NCBI GenBank assembly: GCA_944326015.1
Contig: CALVCJ010000001.1
Coordinates: forward strand, 1,068 to 65,067
DNA length: 64,000 bases
Direction: 5' to 3'
Source of the DNA: Candidatus Gastranaerophilales bacterium
Lineage (GTDB): Bacteria > Cyanobacteriota > Vampirovibrionia > Gastranaerophilales > Gastranaerophilaceae
In this document: positions 8,055 through 16,950 of the stretch, piece after piece
Layout of the letters: each line of letters starts with the position of its first letter
Numbering within the stretch: the stretch's first letter is position 1
Notes under the pieces: model-generated
What the model was told of the DNA's origin: nothing
The model's input: only the letters and a program-made list of their open reading frames with translations
The model's database searches: none
Translations under genes and position numbers: made by a program

Positions 8055-9803
8055 TTAAATTTCAGCGATCTTTTCTACTTCAATATCACTAATAAGTTCG
8101 GAATATGATAAGACTTTTATATTCTCTATATAACTGCAAAGCAAATCAAATAAAGGTTTTCTAATATCCGGTGATACTAGCAGAACAACATCATTTTTAT
8201 GATTCTTAATTTTTGATGCTGCATTAACAAATGAAAGCACAAGCTGTTCAATTTCGTCAGGTGTTAGTTTAAATATTACTCCTAACTCTGCCCATAAAAG
8301 GGCATCACCGAGTTTTCGCTCAGTTTCAGGTTTTAAAGTCAGCGCATATAAAATTCGTTTATCATTTAACTTTATCGAAAACTTTTCACATATTTGAGCT
8401 CTTAACTCAACGCGCAGCTGGGTTAGTAAAATTTCCGGGCTTTTACTGAATCTTGCAAAATCACATAACCTTTCAAATATTAATATTACATCTGTTACAG
8501 GAACTTCTTCTCTTATAAGCCAGACAAGTATCCGTCTTAAATCTACTGCAGATATAAGTTCCGGAATCAAATCATTTACAAGTGTAGGATTTTCCGATCT
8601 CACTAGTTCCATATATTTTATAACATCTTTTTTCGTCAAAATATCATTTACATGCTTTATAAAACACTTTCTCATATGTTCTAATACAACTTTAGAGATA
8701 TCTTCTTGAGAAGCAAATTTATCAACAAAAAATGTATCACGTCTTATAGAACGAACGTAAATCCCGAATTCATAAGGTTTATAGCTTGCATCATCAAGAC
8801 ATCTGACTTTAGGAATTATATAACCTAATTCATCAGCAAGTTCTTTTCGCAAATTTCCAATTAAAGGCAAAAGTACATTTTTCAATTCAGGATCAGCATA
8901 ATCAACAAGAGCACTGCCCATTCTAACAGATAAAATATCAACCCCGAGCCTTTCAAACATCAAATTCGGACAGTTAAATTTAAAACTATCTACATTTTCG
9001 TCAGATTCAGTAATCAGCTTATTTTTTTTACTATTATTTACCTGTTCAAGCACATCATAATTAGTAAGCACAATAAACCAGCATACAATCGAAAGGCTTG
9101 AAATAAATAGCCCGAGATATCTTACATATTTTTCTATCTGCTCAAAACCGGCCAGGTAAAGAAATAATCCAATCAAAACAAATATTAAAAATACGCAGAA
9201 CTCCATCGGATGTTTTTTAATATCATTAAATAATCCTTCATTTTGCTTTGACACACGCTTAAAATCATCTTTATTTATGTAGTCAGATGAAATATTATCA
9301 ATTTTGCCTGAATAATTGTCATAATGCGACTGCATAATAGCAAATTTATAAGTATCATAGTCAATTATTTTATCGTCATACAATTCTTTAACTGAGTCTT
9401 TATAAATTTTTGAAACAGGAATTTCTGTCAGTTGAATATAATCACTCATTGTATAATGTTCAAGAGTCAGCGCATTATCATGATTTTTGTTAATAAGGTA
9501 CTCATAGATTTCGGAATTAATTTTTTTTATAATTATATCTATGAAATCTGCGGGAATTTGAGCGTAAATAAGATCAATAACTCTGTGAAATGTCCATTCC
9601 GCCACAGTTTGCGTTATAATTTCACATGCTTCATTGTTAACATCAGAATCATCATATAATAATTTTGCGGTTTCTGTTGAAAATTTATACACATAGTCCC
9701 ATACAAAATCTTTCCAATACTTATCAAAATCTACCGGACAATCAGCAACAAGCTTAAATCTTAATTTATTTATAAAATCTTTGTACTTAAAGTCCTTAGT
9801 CAT
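8055..9803 (-). CDS. protein with FlhA/FHIPEP cytoplasmic-domain-like C-terminus, a lineage-specific N-terminus and 2 TM helices
   Basis: C-terminus LSVRMGSALV...LRKELADELGYIIPKVRCLDD...LIREEVPVTDVILIFE...VVLLVSPDIRKPLF...KVLSYSEL matches FlhA-C. The 8-TM FlhA N-domain is absent. Confidence 0.7.
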   Translation of the reverse strand: MTKDFKYKDFINKLRFKLVADCPVDFDKYWKDFVWDYVYKFSTETAKLLYDDSDVNNEACEIITQTVAEWTFHRVIDLIYAQIPADFIDIIIKKINSEIYEYLINKNHDNALTLEHYTMSDYIQLTEIPVSKIYKDSVKELYDDKIIDYDTYKFAIMQSHYDNYSGKIDNISSDYINKDDFKRVSKQNEGLFNDIKKHPMEFCVFLIFVLIGLFLYLAGFEQIEKYVRYLGLFISSLSIVCWFIVLTNYDVLEQVNNSKKNKLITESDENVDSFKFNCPNLMFERLGVDILSVRMGSALVDYADPELKNVLLPLIGNLRKELADELGYIIPKVRCLDDASYKPYEFGIYVRSIRRDTFFVDKFASQEDISKVVLEHMRKCFIKHVNDILTKKDVIKYMELVRSENPTLVNDLIPELISAVDLRRILVWLIREEVPVTDVILIFERLCDFARFSKSPEILLTQLRVELRAQICEKFSIKLNDKRILYALTLKPETERKLGDALLWAELGVIFKLTPDEIEQLVLSFVNAASKIKNHKNDVVLLVSPDIRKPLFDLLCSYIENIKVLSYSELISDIEVEKIAEI

Positions 9804-9854
9804 AAATATAATTATATGCCAGCACACAGTAAATTTCAAATTGTAAATAATTAA

Positions 9855-9885
9855 AAACAGGAAAGTTATTTTAACCTCCCTGTTT
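9855..9885 (-). terminator. terminator after the ferritin gene
   Basis: Minus-strand AAACAGGGAGGTTA-AAA-TAACTTTCCTGTTT followed by further T residues. Confidence 0.65.
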
Positions 9886-9909
9886 ATTAAAATTTAGCGA
9901 ATTTAATTT

Positions 9910-10422
9910 TTATTCCTTGTAGCTGTGCGACTTGTAAGATCTTGACTGAAGCTCTTTATCAAGATGGAAAAGCGAGGCTTTTTCATCGCCGAACATTTTT
10001 AACTTTGTAATAACATCTCTTGCGTTAGCTTCTTCTTCAACCTGTTCTGTTATATACCAGTTGATAAAATGACGTGTTGCAAGATCACATTCATCTTCAC
10101 TCATAGATGCAACGCAATTTATGCTTTCTGTAACATATTTTTCATGTTCAAGAATTTTTTCAAAAACCTGAAGCGGACTCTCAAAACTACCCTCAGGCGC
10201 ATCAATTTGTTCAAGTTTTACAGTACCGTCTCTTTCTATTATGTAGTCAAAAAGAATCATTCCATGATCCATTTCTTCTTTAGCCTGCACTTTTGTCCAA
10301 TTTGAAAAACCATATAAACCAACTTCATCAAAAAAAGCAGACATAGCAAGATATAGATAAGCTGAATAAAATTCTTTGTTAATTTGTGAATTAAGAACAT
10401 TTTGTACCTTCTCGTTAATCAC
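9910..10422 (-). CDS. ftnA: non-heme ferritin
   Basis: QINKEFYSAYLYLAMS...QAKEEMDHG...HEKYVTESIN...WYITEQVEEE. GTG start at 10422 with GGGAGG RBS, overlapping the dfx stop. Confidence 0.92.
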   Translation of the reverse strand: MINEKVQNVLNSQINKEFYSAYLYLAMSAFFDEVGLYGFSNWTKVQAKEEMDHGMILFDYIIERDGTVKLEQIDAPEGSFESPLQVFEKILEHEKYVTESINCVASMSEDECDLATRHFINWYITEQVEEEANARDVITKLKMFGDEKASLFHLDKELQSRSYKSHSYKE

Positions 10423-10807
10423 TTTTGCCCTCCCACAAGCCGTGTAAAGAACAAAATTCTCTTGCAAGAATTTTTCCAAACTTTTGATTAAGAATCATTT
10501 TAGGTTCTTCACCGGGATGTAAATATTTTAGTTGTACATTATTTTTGTCTTCTGAAATTGTTTCAATAAACATAATATAGTGATCATCATTCATAGGATG
10601 CAGAACTTCTCCCACTCGGACTTCATCGCCATTGTCATTGTTTTTGACAAATACCGGAATATGCTTTTCAATCATAGCTTCTTCTTGATTTTTGGCTTCA
10701 AGTTTTTGCATAGGCTGGCCACAACATACAAGTTCTCCGCCGCCGTCAATGATGACCTGGATAAGATTTCCACAGATTTCACACCTATATAAATCTAATT
10801 TTTCCAT
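10415..10807 (-). CDS. dfx: desulfoferrodoxin (2Fe superoxide reductase)
   Basis: YRCEICGN...LVCCGQPM; EKHIP...HPM...HYIMFIE...CSLHGLW; AAGGAG RBS. Confidence 0.93.
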   Translation of the reverse strand: MEKLDLYRCEICGNLIQVIIDGGGELVCCGQPMQKLEAKNQEEAMIEKHIPVFVKNNDNGDEVRVGEVLHPMNDDHYIMFIETISEDKNNVQLKYLHPGEEPKMILNQKFGKILAREFCSLHGLWEGKSD

Positions 10808-10885
10808 TATTACTCCTTTCAATATATTATTACAATTTACTTAGCAAAATTTGCATTAACCGCATGGCTAAAAATTCAAATTATC

Positions 10886-10913
10886 TAGACTAATATTATT
10901 TTCATGTTATACT
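10886..10913 (+). promoter_or_regulatory. promoter of the SRP RNA
   Basis: TAGACT, 16 nt, TATACT with extended -10 TG; 7 nt upstream of the RNA 5' end. Confidence 0.6.
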
Positions 10914-10920
10914 TTAAATA

Positions 10921-11175
10921 GCCGTGCTCCACGGGGAATTGCAATCCCTTGACCCGAAGTTAACGCGGGGTGCAGAGCCTGTTGTGAGGATACGGTAGGT
11001 AACTTTGATAAATATATTATTGTTGACGTTTAAGGATATGGCGGCGCAAGCTGTCGAACCGTGTCAGGATGGAAACATAGCAGCACTAAGACAATCCTTG
11101 CGGGTGTCGTATTGTTAAAAAGAGATAATATGTTTAAAAATTTTATTTATTGTGTTCGATAGACAGTGGCACGGC
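10921..11175 (+). ncRNA. ffs: signal recognition particle RNA, large (Alu-containing) bacterial type
   Basis: Helix-8 motif GTCAGG-ATG-GAAA-CAT-AGCAGCA; 5' GCCGTGCT..CGGGGA Alu-like start; 3' GCACGGC pairs with the 5' end, then a T-run; about 255 nt, resembling Bacillus scRNA. Confidence 0.9.
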
Positions 11176-11196
11176 TTTTTTATCTGAAATAAGATA

Positions 11197-12150
11197 TTAT
11201 CTGAGTTCAATATCTTTTATATATCTTGGTCTCGCCTTAACTTCTCTGAAGACTTGCCCAACGTATTCTCCTATAAGTCCGAGGCAAAATAATTGAATTC
11301 CTCCAAATATACACAACAAAATAATTGCAGTTGCCCAACCATTAGGCGAATTATGCCAGAAGACCTTTTCTATCACGGTCTCAAGGCCAATCAAAAAGCC
11401 GAAAAGCGCCATTAAAAATCCTAAAACGGCAACAAATCTCAATGGAACAACACTATAAGATGTTATACCATTAAGTGCCAGGGCTGTAAGAGACATAAAA
11501 TTAAATTTTGATTTTCCTGCAAGACGCGGTTTTACATCAAAATTGATATATGATGTCTTTAATCCCAACTCATTAAAAAATCCTCTTAAAAATAAATATT
11601 TTTCTGGATACAATTTCATAATATCAATTGCCTTTTTACTCACAAGCCTGTAATCTGAATGATTTACAGGAATCTTTGCGCCAAGAAGATTCATTGTTTT
11701 ATAAAACATTAACGCTGTAAGCTTTTTTAAAAACGAATCAGTTTCACGATTATTTCTGATACCACAAACAATATCAGCACCCTTCACATATTCTTCAACA
11801 AATTTTTCAATAGCATTTTCATCCTGTTGTAAATCTGCATCAATTGAGACAGCACAATCACAACCTATATCTCTTACACCATCTAAACCTGCAATTAAAG
11901 CTTTCTGGTTCCCAAAATTTCTTATAAATTTTACTGCTTTTACACGACTGTCATTCTTATGTAAATTCTCAATTATTTCCCAGGTTCTGTCTGAAGACCC
12001 GTCGTCTACAAGATACAAATAACTGTCTTTCTTTATTTTTTCAGCAGAAACAAGCAAATCCAAAAATCTAAGAAGAGTTACTACGGTAGATTTTATACAT
12101 AACTCTTCATTAAAACAAGGTATGATAACAGCTAAAGTCGGTTTCTGCAT
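11197..12150 (-). CDS. GT2 glycosyltransferase, GtrB/ArnC-like (polyprenol-phosphate glycosyltransferase)
   Basis: VIIPCFNEE..VDDGSSD..RNFGNQKAL..SIDADLQQD; two C-terminal TMs; EVKARPRYI. Confidence 0.9.
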   Translation of the reverse strand: MQKPTLAVIIPCFNEELCIKSTVVTLLRFLDLLVSAEKIKKDSYLYLVDDGSSDRTWEIIENLHKNDSRVKAVKFIRNFGNQKALIAGLDGVRDIGCDCAVSIDADLQQDENAIEKFVEEYVKGADIVCGIRNNRETDSFLKKLTALMFYKTMNLLGAKIPVNHSDYRLVSKKAIDIMKLYPEKYLFLRGFFNELGLKTSYINFDVKPRLAGKSKFNFMSLTALALNGITSYSVVPLRFVAVLGFLMALFGFLIGLETVIEKVFWHNSPNGWATAIILLCIFGGIQLFCLGLIGEYVGQVFREVKARPRYIKDIELR

Positions 12151-12230
12151 AAGTCCTATCCTCCAATTTGAAAAAAAGGCAGTTTTATAATATAATATAA
12201 ATACTATTAAAGCAAGGAACTTTAAAATTT

Positions 12231-13082
12231 ATGGTTAGCAAAAAATTTATTCTTAATGCAGATGATTTTGGGATGTCAAAAGCTTTTAACAGAGCTGTAC
12301 TAGATGGTTATCACAACGGTTTTTTGACAAGCGCAAGCCTGTGTGCAAATGGTAAAGCCTTTAATGCTGCAGTAAACGAGATTATACCGGAATGTCCCAA
12401 TCTGGGCATAGGCGTACATTTGAATATTATTGAAGGTCGTTCGCTTACAAAAGCACCTATGCTTACAAACAAAAGAGGGAAATTTAACAATGGATTTTTT
12501 AATATTTTACTAAAATCGAAAAATCCAAAATTTCTTGAGCAGGTTGAGTTTGAATTTAGAACACAAATTGAAACAGTCATGAATTATACAAAAATTGATC
12601 ATATAGACTCTCATGTTCACACGCATGCAATACCAGAATTATTTAAATTGACAGCAAAACTTGCCAGAGAATATAATATCCAGAATATCAGAACCCAGTA
12701 TGAAGAAATTTATTTTGTTCCTTCAATAAAAAAACATCTAAATTTAAAATATCCTCCAAACATCCTAAAAATTCTGCTTTTAAATTATTTCACTTCCAAA
12801 AATAATAAAGTAGTAAAAGAATACGGATTACGAACAAATGACTACATTATAGGAGTGGGTTACACAGGTCTTATGGATGAAATGACAGTTGAATACGGAC
12901 TAAAAGCTCTTGACAATGATTGTACGGCTGAAGCGCTTATTCATCCTTGCCACTATGCTGTAACAAACAATAATCAACACTATAAGGAATTTTTAATTAC
13001 ACGCAGTAAAGCTCTTAAAGATAAAATAACAAGAATGGGATTTGAAATTACAAACTACAAAAAAGAATATGCGCTCTGCTAA
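12231..13082 (+). CDS. YdjC/ChbG/HpnK-family carbohydrate deacetylase
   Basis: ILNADDFG...GVHLNI...HIDSHVHTH...EALIHP. Confidence 0.88.
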   Translation: MVSKKFILNADDFGMSKAFNRAVLDGYHNGFLTSASLCANGKAFNAAVNEIIPECPNLGIGVHLNIIEGRSLTKAPMLTNKRGKFNNGFFNILLKSKNPKFLEQVEFEFRTQIETVMNYTKIDHIDSHVHTHAIPELFKLTAKLAREYNIQNIRTQYEEIYFVPSIKKHLNLKYPPNILKILLLNYFTSKNNKVVKEYGLRTNDYIIGVGYTGLMDEMTVEYGLKALDNDCTAEALIHPCHYAVTNNNQHYKEFLITRSKALKDKITRMGFEITNYKKEYALC

Positions 13083-14838
13083 AATAATATCGATTTTTTT
13101 TATAATATTGATTTTTACGGTTTTTACAACCTTTATACTGCTTGATAAGTCAGAAAAAGCTGTTTTAAATATTATAACACCTTCTGAAATTCAAATTGAT
13201 TTAAATAATAATAAAATTGCTGATTCCAATGAAATTATATGTCTTGAAAATATACAAACATTGACTTCAAATCTATCAAAGAATCAAAAAGATCTTGCGG
13301 ACAAATTAAATTTACCAGTTGAAGATGCTCTTAAATTTGGTTACATAAGCGACTCTTTTGCTGATAGCACACTTTCAGATAAAAAAGTAAAATTAAAATT
13401 TTCAAGTAATAAAACTCCAAACTGCGTATTTGCAGATATTATAATTGATAATGAATCATATAGAGAAAAACTTATAAACTCCGGACTAGCCTTTGTCAAT
13501 GGCAAACCTTCAAACATTGATAAGTATAAAAAACAACTGCAGAAAGCGCGGAAATACAAACTTGTTATACTAAATCACAGAAGCAGCAAATATCACAAAA
13601 CTGATTGTAAATACGGACTTGCAGCACATGATTCTATTGTATTACCTACTAATCAAATCCCTGAAGATGCAAAACCATGCAAATTTTGTCACATTACAAA
13701 AAAAAATGGAAAGACTAAAAAATACTCTAAAAAATCGTTACAAACTTATCCGCTTGCAATTTCAAACGGAAGTATAAAAATGTATTTAAGCGATTTAACA
13801 TTAAAGTTAAAACCTGATAACAAATGTTCATCTCTTGCATGTAAAGAAATTCTTAACAGGATTAACCAAAGTAAACAATCAATAGATATTGCTCTTTATG
13901 GCTGGGAGAGCATACCAGAAATACGAAACGCAATTTTAAATGCAAAATCCCGCGGTGTAAAAATAAGACTTGTGTATGACACCAGCAGCAATCAATATTA
14001 TTCAGATATAAAATCAATTATTTCTCTCGCGGATGAAACTTCTACAGATACACCCAAAATTATTATGCACAATAAATTTATAATTTTTGACAATTCAAAA
14101 GTTATAACAGGCTCTATGAATTTCGCACGCACAGGCTTTGCTGGATTTAACAGCGACTGTGTAATATTTTTAGATTCAAAAGAAATAGCAGAACTCTATA
14201 AAGAAGAATTCACACAGATGCTATCTGGCAAATTTCATAATGAAAAGTCAAATGTAAATCATAAAATAGTAATTCTAGGCAGCGCAAAGGTTACACCACT
14301 GTTTTCACCGAAAGACAAAATCATAACAAATAGTATATTGCCACTTATAAATAATGCCAAACAATATATTTACATTCCGGCATTTTTAATAACCCATGAT
14401 GAGCTTTCTTCTTCATTAATCAGTGCTAAAAAGCGTGGGGTAAACATCAAAATAATTATTGACGCAACAAATACTTATACGGCAAGAAGTAAAGTAAAAA
14501 TGCTAAGATCTGCAGGAATCCCACTCAAAATAGAAAACTTTGCAGGCAAACTACATTCAAAAAGCATAATCATAGATGACAAATATATAATTGCCGGTTC
14601 AATGAATTTTTCAAAAAGCGGCGAAAACAAAAACGATGAAAATGCCCTAATTATTGAAGATGAAAGATTGGCAAGGTACTATAAAGGATTTTTTGAATAT
14701 TTGTGGAAGAAAATACCTGATAAATACCTAAAACAAGGAGTACGTGCGGAAGGCAAAAATTCAATCGGTTCCTGCACAGACGGTATAGACAATAACTTTG
14801 ACGGAAAAATTGATTCAGAAGATGCAGGATGTAGATAG
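13069..14838 (+). CDS. phospholipase D/Nuc-family protein with N-terminal SNase-like and Ada-type Zn domains
   Basis: Two HKD motifs (HNKFIIFD, HSKSIIID) with GSMNF; YHKTDC...PCKFC; C-terminal CTDGIDNNFDGKIDSEDAGC. Confidence 0.8.
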   Translation: MRSAKIISIFFIILIFTVFTTFILLDKSEKAVLNIITPSEIQIDLNNNKIADSNEIICLENIQTLTSNLSKNQKDLADKLNLPVEDALKFGYISDSFADSTLSDKKVKLKFSSNKTPNCVFADIIIDNESYREKLINSGLAFVNGKPSNIDKYKKQLQKARKYKLVILNHRSSKYHKTDCKYGLAAHDSIVLPTNQIPEDAKPCKFCHITKKNGKTKKYSKKSLQTYPLAISNGSIKMYLSDLTLKLKPDNKCSSLACKEILNRINQSKQSIDIALYGWESIPEIRNAILNAKSRGVKIRLVYDTSSNQYYSDIKSIISLADETSTDTPKIIMHNKFIIFDNSKVITGSMNFARTGFAGFNSDCVIFLDSKEIAELYKEEFTQMLSGKFHNEKSNVNHKIVILGSAKVTPLFSPKDKIITNSILPLINNAKQYIYIPAFLITHDELSSSLISAKKRGVNIKIIIDATNTYTARSKVKMLRSAGIPLKIENFAGKLHSKSIIIDDKYIIAGSMNFSKSGENKNDENALIIEDERLARYYKGFFEYLWKKIPDKYLKQGVRAEGKNSIGSCTDGIDNNFDGKIDSEDAGCR

Positions 14839-14844
14839 AATGAA

Positions 14845-15734
14845 TTACCAGGGATAATCGTCTCTTATTTCCCACCCATCAGCCATAATCAAAGCAGAAC
14901 ACCATAATCCGCGGGCATTCCTGCTGCAATTGTAATTTTGTTTACTCGGTCCATCACGAAGTTCATCTCTTGTCCGTCCAACATTCGCTGGAATTTCATC
15001 GTCATCAACATTAGTTGGTCTTACACCAATTGTTGATACCGAAAAAGAAAATATGTCACGTCCAATTTTATTTGGACGAGTAAATCCGTTCAAATCTACC
15101 ATATAAAATTTACGCTGTTTAATTGCTCTGTTATCACTTGCACAAAAAATCTGTACCCCAGAAGGCAAAGTTATAATATCAGCAGAGTCAAACAACTGAA
15201 TTAAGGAGTCTTCTTCCTTACCGGAGGTGTTGTAATAAATTATTCCGAGCTGTTTTGCACTGCCAACAGTAGTGCTTGATATCTGATTATAAGATGAAGA
15301 TAAATATTTTACAAAAAAATCTGTACCGTTTAAAGAATAATCCCACAAAGACATATCTCCATATTTAAGCTTTGCAAGTTCTGCTGACTGAGATAATTCA
15401 GAATAGACCTTTTTTAGCTGAGATACAGTTTGTTTTTTTTGATAATTCGCAATCAAAGAAGGCATTGTCATTGCAGCAACAATCCCGATTATTCCGAGGG
15501 TGATTAAAACCTCTGCTAAAGTAAACGCAACACGACTTTTGGAAGATAAAAAAGTAGAAAGGGAAGACCGTAAGCTATTTACGCTAAATAGGCTATCTTC
15601 ATATCTTCCTATCTTCTTACACTCGAAATAAGCTTGACTCTCAAACTTCCTGCATTCTTGACATATGACTAGCTCAGAAACGCCCCCCCCCCGAAATTTC
15701 GGGGAATGTTATTACTGATCTTTAATTCACTCAT
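14845..15734 (-). CDS. type IV pilin/pseudopilin-like protein, out of frame at a G10 tract (phase-variable or frameshifted)
   Basis: The frame upstream of the track ORF reads KSRVA|FTLAEVLITLGIIGIVAAMTMPSL (prepilin motif) with no in-frame start codon. The ATG at 15734, with GAGGAG RBS, joins this frame only if the G tract is 8 or 11 long. Confidence 0.8.
15683..15692 (-). repeat. poly-G (G10) homopolymer in the pilin leader, overlapping palindrome CCCCGAAATTTCGGGG (15689-15704)
   Basis: C10 run on the + strand, read directly. Confidence 0.9.
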
Positions 15735-15770
15735 AATTTGCTCCTCTATAACTTTATATATTACATATTT

Positions 15771-15799
15771 ATATTACCACATTGTCATATTTTTTTCAA
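15771..15799 (-). promoter_or_regulatory. sigma70-type promoter of the pilin-like gene
   Basis: Minus strand TTGAAA, 17 nt, TAATAT with extended -10 TG; about 36 nt upstream of ATG 15734. Confidence 0.6.
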
Positions 15800-15910
15800 G
15801 CGGGAACACACTGGGAAAAGCCCGCATCAATCTTAAAACAAAACACTGGCATGCAATATCATCACACCTGCCCCGCCGCAGGCAATCAATTATCTGAGGC
15901 ATCAAACTTA

Positions 15911-16924
15911 TTACAAATTCAACGGATCAAATCTGCTATCACGCTCACATAAACGTTCAAATGTAAAAATGTTTTCAATCTGCTTATATTCCTTATCTGA
16001 AATGTATCTTATAAAAATTGGGAAAGGCTCAAATAAACCGTTAACAAAAATTCCGTGCTGATGCCCGTCTTTTAACAAATCTTGCTTTGCGACAGCTATA
16101 ACTTTACCATTCTCATATGCGTAATTATAGCGCACAATCATTGAATTCACTTCTTTTTCAGTTTGTTTATCAACATAAACATAACTCTCATATAGTTTTC
16201 CGTTTCTGTAGAAATTTTGTATTGTTTTTGGGGAATGATCCTGACTTATTATTCTAATTGTACGTTCAGTTCCTTCCTCATACACAAAAGGTTTTGAAAT
16301 ACCTGCAAAAACTTCTGTTGTTAAGTTTTTTGCATCTATTTGATCTGGCAAAACCGCAAATATTTCCTCCTCAGAACCCCGATACGTTCTATGAATAACA
16401 GCCTCAGCTTCTTTATCATACTTTGAAAAATATCTTAACTTAAGCTTTCCATCATTGTCAAAAATAAGAATATCACGCATATAGTCGGGCTTACCCTTTG
16501 AAGAATGAGAATATTCCACTTTTAAAGTGGAATTTTTTAATTTACTTACAATTCTTGATCCCTTATCATCAATATACGTCCTAAAGTTATTAAGTAATTC
16601 AATTATTTTCGGATTTTCATAAATTAATTTTTGTTCTTCTTGACTAATTTCTCTTTTCTTTTCTGGCGGCACAGAAGGATACTTATTGGTAGAATTACTT
16701 ACATTTAAAACTTTTTCAGAGATTTTTTTCGGTTTTATTTTACCTCTGAAAATAAAATATGTTGCAAAACCAAGAGCAACAGCTCCAGATAGTCCAATTG
16801 CGAGTTGTTGTGTGTTAGTCAAATGTGTTTTATAATTACTAGAATTGTTTTTCTGGACTTTATTATTAATATCAGGATTATGCTTAAATCCTATACTATT
16901 CAGCGCTGAAATCTTCATGCTCAT
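15911..16924 (-). CDS. hypothetical protein with one TM segment
   Basis: ORF; N-rich N-terminus (MKISALNSIGFK), hydrophobic LAIGLSGAVALGFATYFIF. Confidence 0.75.
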   Translation of the reverse strand: MSMKISALNSIGFKHNPDINNKVQKNNSSNYKTHLTNTQQLAIGLSGAVALGFATYFIFRGKIKPKKISEKVLNVSNSTNKYPSVPPEKKREISQEEQKLIYENPKIIELLNNFRTYIDDKGSRIVSKLKNSTLKVEYSHSSKGKPDYMRDILIFDNDGKLKLRYFSKYDKEAEAVIHRTYRGSEEEIFAVLPDQIDAKNLTTEVFAGISKPFVYEEGTERTIRIISQDHSPKTIQNFYRNGKLYESYVYVDKQTEKEVNSMIVRYNYAYENGKVIAVAKQDLLKDGHQHGIFVNGLFEPFPIFIRYISDKEYKQIENIFTFERLCERDSRFDPLNL

Positions 16925-16950
16925 ATAAAACCTTAACAAAAAAATTTTTG

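Noticed and set aside
10808-10835. PerR/Fur box upstream of dfx-ftnA
   Set aside because: The best match has about 4 mismatches in very AT-rich DNA, indistinguishable from chance.
14845-15734. Diversity-generating retroelement target or shufflon as the source of pilin variation
   Set aside because: No reverse transcriptase, template repeat, recombinase or inverted sfx-like repeats in the window.
15706-15897. 63-aa + strand ORF
   Set aside because: It is antisense to the pilin promoter, RBS and start, which explain the region better.
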